27,086 nt of DNA from Gammaproteobacteria bacterium (lineage in GTDB: Bacteria > Pseudomonadota > Gammaproteobacteria > Pseudomonadales > UBA6940): assembly GCA_038135915.1 (NCBI GenBank), contig JAYPYM010000019.1, positions 1 to 27,086 of the forward strand, written 5' to 3'. Positions 8,813-17,522 of this stretch are shown here, piece by piece. The notes below the pieces were generated by a model. That model had not been told where the DNA came from. It saw only the letters and a list, made by a program, of their open reading frames with translations, and searched no databases. The position numbers and the translations under genes were made by a program. Positions within the stretch are counted from its first letter, which is position 1. Each line of letters starts with the position of its first letter.

Positions 8813-9217
8813 ATGCGTGGTGCGGGAGGGAGTCCAGGCGGGGTAGGCCAGTTTCTAATGGGTTTCGTGATGATGTGTATTGGCGGTTACCTATTTTTGA
8901 ACTCCATAGAAGTTACTTCGAATTTTGGCTTGAGCCGTACTTTCTTCAGTTTTGGTGGTATTAATTTGACCGGTGGCATGGTGCTTTTTCCATTTATTTT
9001 TGGTATTGGCATTGTTTTTTATAATGCTAAAAACCCTATTGGCTGGTTGCTGGTGATAGGTAGTTTGTCTGCATTTGCTTTTGGTATCATTAGTAGCATT
9101 GATTTTGTTTTTCGGCGTACTTCTGCGTTTGAGTTGATAACGATACTGGTCTTGGCGGTGGGTGGTCTTGGCATGTTTTTAAATTCATTAAAAAATTTTG
9201 AAGACAAGGAAACCTGA
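8813..9217 (+). CDS. Small polytopic membrane protein, hypothetical.
   Basis: ATG at 8813 is preceded by 'agggagaaagtgaa'. It has about four hydrophobic helices and a Gly-rich N-terminus. The ORF track starts it at 8786. Confidence 0.5.
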   Translation: MRGAGGSPGGVGQFLMGFVMMCIGGYLFLNSIEVTSNFGLSRTFFSFGGINLTGGMVLFPFIFGIGIVFYNAKNPIGWLLVIGSLSAFAFGIISSIDFVFRRTSAFELITILVLAVGGLGMFLNSLKNFEDKET

Positions 9218-9239
9218 GGCTCATCTTGTCCGTATTAGA

Positions 9240-12200
9240 CTAGTCTTTTAATTGATCGAGTACAGATTGAATTTTATCATGTGTTCTGAGGTCAATATCT
9301 AACTTTTTCTCCATGCTGCGAACCAATGGGAAGATTGAGTGTTCCATCGTATCGGCTAAGGCCTTCAGAATTCTATCGATACCTGGCACTGGCTGGTTAA
9401 TCACTTCTATATTATTCTGGGTGGATGCCAGGTGTTTGAATAGGTTTTCGATTGATTTGATCAAAGACTCTATTTCTAACTTCGTCTGGCTATTGTGTTC
9501 GCTGGATTGTTTGATGGCATCGGTAATGTTCGTCAACTCTGGTGCTAGGTGTTCATTCACCACCTTGTTAGTGACAAAGAGAATTTCTTTCAATAAACGT
9601 TTTCGGTCAACACTTTTCGATGCCATTGCTTGTGTTTGTTGATGTTCTACTTGGTCCCCTATGGCATTTATAGATTTAACCATATCATGCATTTGCATAA
9701 TGATTTTCTCGCCAATTTCACCGTCACCACCAATGGATTGGTTTCGCTTGAATTCTTCTTTAATGTAAGTCCATCTATGTTGGTCTTCTTCGGATAGCAT
9801 TCCCCTAATCTCTGCGAGTTTGAGCAGGTTTGCTTGTGCGCCTGTGGTTAATAGTTGTGCTTCACCGCGATAGTGGTCATCGATCATAAGCGCTAGTTCA
9901 TCTTCATTCATGACCGCAGAAATCTTTTCAGCCATTTTATTCATATTTCGGTAGCTACCCTGCAATTTGAAAGGTGGCTCTGTTCGGTATTGGTCATCTT
10001 GTGCGGCTGAAGCAATATAAGCTTGATTGACTTTTAATACGATGTCTTGAACCTTGAATAGTCTTTGTAATACTTCAGTAATCTCATTGATCTCTGCTGC
10101 TGAGTAAGGGTGAGAGAGTTCTGAAGCGGATATTTTTTCCCCTTTTGCTATTCGTACCAGTAGGTAAACGTCATCTAGGCGGCGAGTGGCGAGCGGTGCT
10201 AGTATTGCATTTGATGTTAAGCAGTTTTCAATGTAACTGAGTGCGAATACCTCATCCATGCCACCCAATATATCGCCTAGATTATAAATGTCGGCTCTGT
10301 TTGCGAGCATGTCGGGTATTTGGAAGGTCTCGCCGGATTCTGTATAAGGGTTTCCAGCCATGACAACACAGAACTTTTTACCCCTAAGGTCATATGTTTT
10401 TGTTTCGCCTTGCCAAACGCCTTCGATCTTTCGAGTACCGTCACAGAGTGATATAAACTTCTGCAAAAATTCTGGGTCGGTGTGTTGGATATCGTCGAGA
10501 TATAACATCACATTATTACCCATTTCTAGCGCCAAATTCAGTTTTTCTAGTTCTTGCTTGGCTGTTGAGTTCGGTGCTTGAGCTGAATCTAATGAGGTAA
10601 CTTGGTGACCTAAAGATGGGCAGTTAATCTTCATGAAGATCAGACCAAGCCTATTTGCAACATATTCCATCAGTGTTGTTTTACCATAGCCAGGTGGGGA
10701 TATCATCATTAACAGTCCCATCAAGTCTGTGCGCCGGTTTTCACCAATGGTGCCCATTTGTTTAGCCAGGTTATCACCAATAATAGGGAGGTAAACCTCA
10801 TTGATCAGTCGATTTCGAACGAATGAGCTTAATGGTTGTGCCTTGAAGCTTTCGAGTTTTAAGCTCTTCTTTGAGGCAGCTGATATGTCCGCTTTAATTT
10901 CCTGAAATGATCGGTATGCTGGTAGGTCCACTAAAGTATGGGTTGACATTCTGGAAAGAAAATCGTCGATGGTTCCCTGTATCTCGCCACTCTTAATACG
11001 ATTATGATCCCCTAATAAACCGGTACACACAAGTTTGAGCGTTGCTTGGGTTGGGCGATAGCTAAGTTTACCTTCTAGGCCTAGGTAGGCTGCAGCTTCT
11101 GGGATAAAATCTGCCCACTCAGTGAGAGAAGCCTTTTCTAGTACTGCAACCAACCAAGCTGAAATAAAGTCTATCTTTACTTTTGTCGGTAATATTTCCT
11201 CGTTGATGGTTTTTTCGAATGCTTTCCACGCTGCATCTCCAAGGCGCCGTTTTAATTCTGCTTTCATTTTCTGTGCAGGCTCACTTAGGATAAACGCAAA
11301 TTGATCTCTGATGAGCTCTTGAAAGAGATAACTTGCGGCAGAAGCAATATCGCTATCGCTACACGTTAACGCTTTGGTGTCACAAAAGTCATTAATTGCA
11401 ATTTTTATTTCAGCTTCTAGGTCTAGCTGGGCTTTGTTGTTATCGAGCTCATGAATCAAATGATTGGAAGATTTCGCTCTAAGTTGCCAGGTGGTGTAAA
11501 GTGCGGATGGTCCTTTCACCCCTGATGCGCCTTGGTGATTCATATGGTGCCAAAACCATTGCGCTAAACTCCGGCTGGTTGGTGTGTAGATCAGGCAGTC
11601 GCCTTGATCAAAGATGCGAATGAGCTGTTCAAGTATTTTTGCACCGTCATGATCATGAATACCTTTCTGATAGCCCTCTTTGTACCGAGGTACTGCAAAT
11701 TGACTCACAATTTTATTGATTTCGTCTTCTTTCAATAATGCGGTGCGTAGCATGTCTAAGCTTAGGCCATCACGGTGCTCACGCGCAGATTGGAAAATTA
11801 GGTAGGCCAGATACTCACCTCTGTATACGTTAATACTTTCAGATTCTAAGTGCCAATCCCAATATTTGGACAGTGCTGCAAGTTTTTCATCATGGATCGG
11901 TTGGAAGAAGTTTGTCCCTGTGATATGCAGAGACAATGTCTTATCTCTAGTTAATAAAGTCAGGTCTACAGGACTTGTGTTGACACTAAATTTATGGGTT
12001 GGCCCCATTTTTATAACTTGGCCGCCATCCTCGTATATGTCACTTTTATCTCTTAGACTCCTCAATGCTTGGTCTTTTGCAGTTTTAAACTGAGCATCAA
12101 TTTCATCAGAAAGTATCGGGTTATCTAGCTCTCTTAGCTCTTCACTTAGTTGATGTATTTTCATCACCATCGGATCGGCGACAAAATATGCGTTCAACTC

Positions 12201-14609
12201 ATCTGCATCCTGAAATTTGAGTGATCGCCTTTCCACGCTTGAAAGGACGCGTTTAGCAGCATTAAATAGGCTTTGACATCTCCGCTCTCGCTCATCGAGT
12301 AGTTGTTGCTTATGAGATTCGAATGTTTGATAAAGTTGCTCACGTTGGGTTACGATGTCAGCGATGAATTCATCAAAGCTACTGAACTGACTTTCTAAGG
12401 TTTCGATCTGTAATAGCAATCTAGACAGCTGCTCGTCACAGGCCTCAGGTGTATCTGCCATATTCAGTGCCTGAATGATACTTTGAGAAAACAGCTTAAA
12501 TTGAGCGCTAAAAGACTCAGTGGCTTCGGAGGCGCCTAAGCTTTTATTCTTCTTGTCGGCTCGCGCCTTGCATTGGTTTAGCTTGCCGTAGATCTCAGAT
12601 ATCATATCAATGATCTGGGTGCGGACTCGGGCATCACTCACTTCTAAGGTAGCAACCAATTCAGAAATTAGATCTAGCTGGGTTACTGTTTCTTGAATCG
12701 CCGTTTGAATGGGCTCAAGATCAACAATTGCTGTTGTTTTGTCTATTTGCTCAGAGAAATGGTGATATTTATCATGGTAAGGCGCAAGGGATTCTGGTTT
12801 TTGAAGGAAAACCAGTGTTTTTTCGCTCAAGTTGGTATAGGCATCTTCCAACGATTGGTTGAACTCATCAAGCGCATCTAGGTTCATGTAACGATATGAC
12901 TTGAGGGTGATGATATGACCGCGTTGCTGCCTGATTTCGTGTAGGGTGCTAACAAAATCTTCCACCGTTTCAAACTGTATAGAGCGAATGCGTCCAATCA
13001 GCTGGTCTTTTTTAGATTCAGCATCCTTTAGTGCTGAATTAGATTCCAGCTGAATAGATTGAACCTTTTCGTACTCATCGATGATCTGCTCTGCATTCTT
13101 CTGTATGTCTTGTATTTGGGTGGCGATGTTTTTCGTTTCTGGGTCCGATAACCAGTAATGATCGTCAAATAGTTTTTGCGTTGACCTTAGTAATGAATCG
13201 TATAATTTGGAGGAGACGTCTTTCTCCTGTAAGAAGCCACAAATACTGTACAAATCGGATATGCCGCGGACTAAGGCAGAGTTACCGATTTTGCCATAAA
13301 AGCTATCGTTTACCGGGGTTTTTTCAGCCTGTTCATCGCTGATGTAAGGGGTCTTCCAAAATTGTAATGGGTGATTACGAGTGGGCTCTTTTTCAGCGGA
13401 GAAGATCGCCAACTTGCCAGTGTCGAATAAAGCGTAGCCGTGGCCGATGATAGGGTTGACAATCTGTTTGTTAATGAGATTGTAAGAGTAGAGCGCTTTG
13501 GTGCCCTCAATTGGTTCATAGAATATGTATAGAACATCTTCACCATTAGGGGAGCGGATGGTTTTCTTGTATTTTAAACCATTAATATCTTGGTCGAATA
13601 TCTTATGTTCTCCCGTTTCAAGATAGATGCCGCCTGGGAAAATAATACCATGATCTTCAGGTAGTCGAACACAAGAGCTACCTATGTGGTCAATTCTGAT
13701 TACCTGCTCAACTAAGGGGTTGAACACAAAATAGCGAAATTCTTTCTCTTGATAAGGTCTAATTTTGAGTAGAATGAGGTTGCCCACTTCAGCGTAAAGA
13801 TATTCGGCATCATCTAGTGTTTGGTTTTCGTCGACAACCTTCTCGTTGTATATGCCTAAGCCATCTGAGGTGTTGTTTTCTATTTTTATGGTGAGGTCGC
13901 CGCCAATGGTTTCTACGAAAACCTTATCAAGAATATTTACGTGTGCGTGCTCGCCGTCAACGAAGTCTTCTCTTGAGGTGTTTTGCCATTCAAAATCAAT
14001 GGCTGGAGGTAGCTCGATATCTCTTTCGCCACGGTTATCAATGTACTCTGGTGTAGTCTCTTTGCCCTCTAATGCCCAACGAAATACCTTTATATCATCC
14101 ACTCGCTCGCCGGTTTGGAAGCTTGCTAATAAAAAGCCTTTATTGATAGTGAGTAACGAAAGTTGTGACTGTGAATAGTATTGGTACAGTTCGTGAAAAT
14201 CTCGAAGAAAATTTGAGTTATGAAGAAATGTATCTGATTTTGAGCAAGGTACTATTTCAAAGCTTGGGTTTTCAGGATCGCCACCTTTCTTGATGTCGTA
14301 GAGTGCGAAAACGTCTTCCACCTGAATATCTTTTCTTAGGCCTACAAATACATTATAGCCAAATAACAACTGGTTTCCGATCTGTAAAATATCTCTTGCA
14401 ATACAGTTGTTTTCTGTGCGAATGCGAGAACGTGCCAACACACTTAGATCTGATTGTCCAAACGCCTTAATTCTAGCGGCATTTAAACCTGCTACTTCTT
14501 GATGGAGGCTGCTTTGTAGCGCGTCCAATCGTTTCCGAATAACATCGTAGGCACCACCTTCGGCGACCGCTTGGTCGACCGATGATTGTTCTTGTTCGTT
14601 ATTACTCAT
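9240..14609 (-). CDS. Giant 1789-aa protein with a single MoxR/AAA_5-like AAA+ ATPase module (about aa 1290-1460). It is otherwise uncharacterised: a beta-rich N-terminal region, then extensive coiled coils.
   Basis: Walker A 'ISPPGYGKTTL' maps to nt about 10677-10710. Walker B-like 'VMLYLDDIQH' maps to about 10491-10511. The MoxR-type sensor segment 'VVMAGNPYTESGETFQIPDMLANRADIYNLGD' matches the MoxR '[22 protein letters not shown]' pattern. The ATG lies 2 nt after the flotillin stop (14609 versus 14612). Confidence 0.88.
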   Translation of the reverse strand: MSNNEQEQSSVDQAVAEGGAYDVIRKRLDALQSSLHQEVAGLNAARIKAFGQSDLSVLARSRIRTENNCIARDILQIGNQLLFGYNVFVGLRKDIQVEDVFALYDIKKGGDPENPSFEIVPCSKSDTFLHNSNFLRDFHELYQYYSQSQLSLLTINKGFLLASFQTGERVDDIKVFRWALEGKETTPEYIDNRGERDIELPPAIDFEWQNTSREDFVDGEHAHVNILDKVFVETIGGDLTIKIENNTSDGLGIYNEKVVDENQTLDDAEYLYAEVGNLILLKIRPYQEKEFRYFVFNPLVEQVIRIDHIGSSCVRLPEDHGIIFPGGIYLETGEHKIFDQDINGLKYKKTIRSPNGEDVLYIFYEPIEGTKALYSYNLINKQIVNPIIGHGYALFDTGKLAIFSAEKEPTRNHPLQFWKTPYISDEQAEKTPVNDSFYGKIGNSALVRGISDLYSICGFLQEKDVSSKLYDSLLRSTQKLFDDHYWLSDPETKNIATQIQDIQKNAEQIIDEYEKVQSIQLESNSALKDAESKKDQLIGRIRSIQFETVEDFVSTLHEIRQQRGHIITLKSYRYMNLDALDEFNQSLEDAYTNLSEKTLVFLQKPESLAPYHDKYHHFSEQIDKTTAIVDLEPIQTAIQETVTQLDLISELVATLEVSDARVRTQIIDMISEIYGKLNQCKARADKKNKSLGASEATESFSAQFKLFSQSIIQALNMADTPEACDEQLSRLLLQIETLESQFSSFDEFIADIVTQREQLYQTFESHKQQLLDERERRCQSLFNAAKRVLSSVERRSLKFQDADELNAYFVADPMVMKIHQLSEELRELDNPILSDEIDAQFKTAKDQALRSLRDKSDIYEDGGQVIKMGPTHKFSVNTSPVDLTLLTRDKTLSLHITGTNFFQPIHDEKLAALSKYWDWHLESESINVYRGEYLAYLIFQSAREHRDGLSLDMLRTALLKEDEINKIVSQFAVPRYKEGYQKGIHDHDGAKILEQLIRIFDQGDCLIYTPTSRSLAQWFWHHMNHQGASGVKGPSALYTTWQLRAKSSNHLIHELDNNKAQLDLEAEIKIAINDFCDTKALTCSDSDIASAASYLFQELIRDQFAFILSEPAQKMKAELKRRLGDAAWKAFEKTINEEILPTKVKIDFISAWLVAVLEKASLTEWADFIPEAAAYLGLEGKLSYRPTQATLKLVCTGLLGDHNRIKSGEIQGTIDDFLSRMSTHTLVDLPAYRSFQEIKADISAASKKSLKLESFKAQPLSSFVRNRLINEVYLPIIGDNLAKQMGTIGENRRTDLMGLLMMISPPGYGKTTLMEYVANRLGLIFMKINCPSLGHQVTSLDSAQAPNSTAKQELEKLNLALEMGNNVMLYLDDIQHTDPEFLQKFISLCDGTRKIEGVWQGETKTYDLRGKKFCVVMAGNPYTESGETFQIPDMLANRADIYNLGDILGGMDEVFALSYIENCLTSNAILAPLATRRLDDVYLLVRIAKGEKISASELSHPYSAAEINEITEVLQRLFKVQDIVLKVNQAYIASAAQDDQYRTEPPFKLQGSYRNMNKMAEKISAVMNEDELALMIDDHYRGEAQLLTTGAQANLLKLAEIRGMLSEEDQHRWTYIKEEFKRNQSIGGDGEIGEKIIMQMHDMVKSINAIGDQVEHQQTQAMASKSVDRKRLLKEILFVTNKVVNEHLAPELTNITDAIKQSSEHNSQTKLEIESLIKSIENLFKHLASTQNNIEVINQPVPGIDRILKALADTMEHSIFPLVRSMEKKLDIDLRTHDKIQSVLDQLKD

Positions 14610-14611
14610 GA

Positions 14612-16591
14612 CTATGCTGCTGTATTTTTGCTGGTCAAGTGTTTCATCAGGGTGGAGACAGTATTGCTCTTGTCTGCTAGTCCATCAATTGCTTTGCCGA
14701 TAGATAGGGACTTAGCAAAGTTATTGAAGAAGTGTTCTTCACCGCCAACTATATCGATGTGGGCTTTTTCTAATGCTTGAGCTAGTACTTCTGCGTTTTC
14801 TTTTGCAATCTCTTTACCTGCATCAATAGATGCTAGCGCTTCTTTAAGCGCCGTTTCCAGTGTCATTCTGAATTCTTCATGATCCCTGGCATCTTTCGAC
14901 ATTGCATCCATAGCGGTAAATTTATCTGTTAGGCCGTCAGCCTCTGCTTTGAATTGCTCGCGGGTCACGTTTGCATTCACCATGCCCATTTCTTTTGCAG
15001 CGTTGGCTTCGGAATTGCCTTTGGCTTGTATAACGTTTGCTTCTGCCATGCCCATTTCTCGCGCAGCATTGGCTTCAGAGTCGCCTTTTGCTTTTATCAC
15101 GTTAGCATCAGCTAAGCCTTCCTTCTCAAATGCATCAGCTTTAGCTTCCATGACTTTAGCCTCAGCCAGCCCTTCTTTCTCAAAGGCTTCGGCTTTAGCT
15201 TCCATCACTCTGGCTTCTGCAATGCCTTTCGCTGCCTGCTCAGCTTGAACCCCCTCTGCTAATTTTTTCTTAGCATCGGCTTCTTTAGCTGAAGCTTCTA
15301 ATTCTGCATTTGCCAGGGTAACAACCTCAAGTGCTTTATGTTTTGCAGCGAGTTCTTCGGCTTCTGCGGCTTTAATATGTTTAACTTTCTCTTCTTCAGC
15401 AGAGGCTTCCGCAGCTAATACTCTAACTTGCTTAGCACGATCTGCTTCTGAGACTTCTCTAACCTCTTTGATATGCTCTTCTTCGATAGCGACAGTCTTG
15501 TCTACTGCTACGCGCTCGCGAATCACATTGGCTATTTCTTTCTTTTCAATTTCAACAGCTTTTTCTGCTTCAATTGTTTTGAGTTCGACTTCTCTTTCTC
15601 GACTGACTTTTTCTAGGTCTCTGGCTTTAATCACACGCTCTTCTTCGATCGCAACGGCACGCATTCGATTTTGTTCAGCGACCTCAATTTCTCTTTGTTG
15701 ATTTTCTTTCTGAACCGATAATTCCTGATTGACTTGTATGGTTTTAGATTCTGCTTTTTTGCGCTCTTCTTCTTGAATACGAAGTGTTTCAGCTTCCTCT
15801 CTTGCTTTGATAGATGCAATTTCTCTGGCTTGTTTTTCCTCTGCCTCTGCCTGTTGACGTTCTAATTCGAGCATAGCCTCTTTAGTTGCAACATTTTTTT
15901 TCTTAATAGCAAGTTCTTCGTCACGTTCGAAAATATTGGTTCGTACGTTCTGTTGAGCTGTTAGTTCCGTAATTTTCTTGATTCCTTCAGCATCTAGTAT
16001 GTTATTTGGGTCAAGTGCTTTTTTCGGTGTTTGTTCTAAGTAGTCAATTGCTACATCCTCTAGAACATAACCATTTAAGTCTTCGCCAATTACTTCGATA
16101 ATTTGATCTCTAAATTCCTGTCGGTTCTCGAAAAGATTCACAAAATCTATTTTTTTACCAACTGTTTTAAGGGCCTCTGAAAATTTGGCTTGAAACAGCT
16201 CATAAACTGCAGCTTTGTCAGACGCACGATCCACCCCGATGGATTTAGCAACTTTAAGTACGTCTTCTTGCGTTTCATTCACCCTCAGGTAAAAAGCAAC
16301 TGTAATGTCAGCTCTAAGATTATCATGGCATATGAGGCCGTCTTGACCTCGACGATCAACTTCGAGTGTAATGAGTGATATTTTCATTAGCTCTTTTTTA
16401 TATATAATGGGCCAAACCAGTGCGCCTGTGAATTTTACCTTAGGCTTTGGAGATAAGTCGTTAACGATCAGTGCGGTGCCTTGTTCCACTTTAATGTAAA
16501 AGGCTTTAACCGCAGCTGCGATGCCTATAATGGTGACGAATACAATCAGTACGCCAATGATGAGAGGGAATATAACAGATGCGTCAGCCAT
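14612..16591 (-). CDS. yqiK: Flotillin / SPFH (band 7) family protein, YqiK-like, with a C-terminal repeat-rich coiled coil.
   Basis: It has an N-terminal TM helix ('FPLIIGVLIVFVTIIGIAAAV'), then an SPFH domain. A long Glu/Ala/Lys coiled coil follows with tandem 'EAKVMEAKA(E/D)AFEKEGLA' and 'EANVI(Q/K)AKG(N/D)SEANAA(K/R)EMGM' repeats. Confidence 0.9.
   Translation of the reverse strand: MADASVIFPLIIGVLIVFVTIIGIAAAVKAFYIKVEQGTALIVNDLSPKPKVKFTGALVWPIIYKKELMKISLITLEVDRRGQDGLICHDNLRADITVAFYLRVNETQEDVLKVAKSIGVDRASDKAAVYELFQAKFSEALKTVGKKIDFVNLFENRQEFRDQIIEVIGEDLNGYVLEDVAIDYLEQTPKKALDPNNILDAEGIKKITELTAQQNVRTNIFERDEELAIKKKNVATKEAMLELERQQAEAEEKQAREIASIKAREEAETLRIQEEERKKAESKTIQVNQELSVQKENQQREIEVAEQNRMRAVAIEEERVIKARDLEKVSREREVELKTIEAEKAVEIEKKEIANVIRERVAVDKTVAIEEEHIKEVREVSEADRAKQVRVLAAEASAEEEKVKHIKAAEAEELAAKHKALEVVTLANAELEASAKEADAKKKLAEGVQAEQAAKGIAEARVMEAKAEAFEKEGLAEAKVMEAKADAFEKEGLADANVIKAKGDSEANAAREMGMAEANVIQAKGNSEANAAKEMGMVNANVTREQFKAEADGLTDKFTAMDAMSKDARDHEEFRMTLETALKEALASIDAGKEIAKENAEVLAQALEKAHIDIVGGEEHFFNNFAKSLSIGKAIDGLADKSNTVSTLMKHLTSKNTAA
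14955..15240. repeat. Coding tandem repeats (about 66-bp and about 54-bp units, two copies each) inside the flotillin 3' half.
   Basis: Two 66-bp units lie at about 14962-15027 and 15028-15093. Two 54-bp units follow at about 15110-15225. The antisense ORF 14949-15248 is an artefact of these repeats. Confidence 0.7.
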
Positions 16592-16622
16592 GACAGCTAT
16601 CTCCTAGTAGATGAGTTGTTGG

Positions 16623-17312
16623 TTATAACTTTGATTTCATTTCTTCAAAGACAGACTTTGGTAATACCTTGTAAATATTTTCCGATTCAATATACTCAAA
16701 CAGCACTACTTTATCGCCTCTGGAAAGCCCGTGATCTTCATCTGTACGAGCTTTTAGAATTAGCCCAGCGCCACCGTCTTCTACGCTTACTTCACCAAAC
16801 TTTGTATTAAGCGTTGAAGTACGGACGATTGCATCTCGACCAATAAAGTTCTCAGTGCTGTGCTCTTTGGTGATTTCTTTAAAGAAAGGTTTTAATGGTT
16901 TAATGCATGCAGCAGTAATGAGCGCACTGAGATAGCTTGCGAATAAAAATATCACTAATTTCCAAGCAAAACTTATGATGCCGGCATCTGGCATATGGGG
17001 CGCCGTAAAATAAATGCTGTAGTAAGAAATGAGCCAGCCGAAGAATGCGATGATAGACAAAGATACTGTAAATGGAACCCCATCTAGCCTTAGCTTCATG
17101 AGTAAACCACCAAGATTTGTGAGCCCATCTGTGTGTAACGAATCTCCTTGTGCCGCAGCGCTAACATCTATGATATCAATGTCCACTACGCCTAGAATAG
17201 CCGCTAGCCAGAATAGCACAGACAACAGTAGCAAAAAACTAAATACAACAGTCGGGAATGAGGAGATTGTTTGATAAAATGGGTCAAAACTTTCATGTAA
17301 AAAAATTAGCAT
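16623..17312 (-). CDS. yqiJ: YqiJ-like inner-membrane protein with an NfeD-type C-terminal OB-fold domain (flotillin partner).
   Basis: It has multiple hydrophobic helices. They are followed by 'NFIGRDAIVRTSTLNTKFGEVSVEDGGAGLILKARTDEDHGLSRGDKVVLFEYIESENIYKV', which is an NfeD-like beta-barrel. It sits immediately upstream of the flotillin gene, 31 bp away. Confidence 0.78.
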   Translation of the reverse strand: MLIFLHESFDPFYQTISSFPTVVFSFLLLLSVLFWLAAILGVVDIDIIDVSAAAQGDSLHTDGLTNLGGLLMKLRLDGVPFTVSLSIIAFFGWLISYYSIYFTAPHMPDAGIISFAWKLVIFLFASYLSALITAACIKPLKPFFKEITKEHSTENFIGRDAIVRTSTLNTKFGEVSVEDGGAGLILKARTDEDHGLSRGDKVVLFEYIESENIYKVLPKSVFEEMKSKL

Positions 17313-17522
17313 CGTTATATTAGCTCTTTGAAGCTCCCCGTCTATTGGCCCTTGATAATTATTGTAGATGAAAAATCTCTACAAAAGCTCAGTGCTTGAT
17401 TGGAAATTTAAGACCTGGATACTAGGCGTATTAGCTCGAATATATATTTTTGAAACGTACCAGTCAAATACAGATGAGTACGCTTTTATTTTTGTACATT
17501 TTTAATTCAGGTATTTATTTAT
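17313..17522. promoter_or_regulatory. AT-rich intergenic region; likely promoter of the yqiJ-flotillin-giant ATPase operon and end of the pilin operon.
   Basis: A 210-bp AT-rich spacer. It is the only sizeable gap between two long runs of same-strand genes. Confidence 0.3.

Noticed and set aside
9313-14178. Multiple plus-strand ORFs of 60-110 aa (for example 9313-9642, 10360-10581, 13846-14178) and the minus alternate-frame ORF 13310-13546.
   Set aside because: All lie inside the continuous 5.4-kb minus-strand ORF, which has coherent AAA+ motifs. They have no independent support.
9240-14609. Interpreting the giant protein as a bacterial dynamin-like GTPase (a DynA analogue), given the flotillin linkage.
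   Set aside because: Beyond the P-loop there are no dynamin G2/G3/G4 motifs. The post-P-loop motifs ('LYLDDIQH', 'NPYTESGETFQIPDMLANRAD') fit a MoxR/AAA_5-type AAA+ module instead. The functional analogy is kept only as a hypothesis.
14955-15240. Possible CRISPR-like array suggested by the regular repeats.
   Set aside because: The repeats are contiguous, with no spacers. They are in-frame within the flotillin CDS and encode a periodic coiled coil, so this is not a CRISPR array.
14949-15248. Ala/Ser-rich 99-aa plus-strand ORF.
   Set aside because: It is an antisense translation of the flotillin coiled-coil tandem repeats, where the GCN-rich codons read as Ala/Ser in reverse. It is a repeat artefact.
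15631-15819. Lys-rich 62-aa minus-strand ORF.
   Set aside because: Alternate frame within the flotillin gene.
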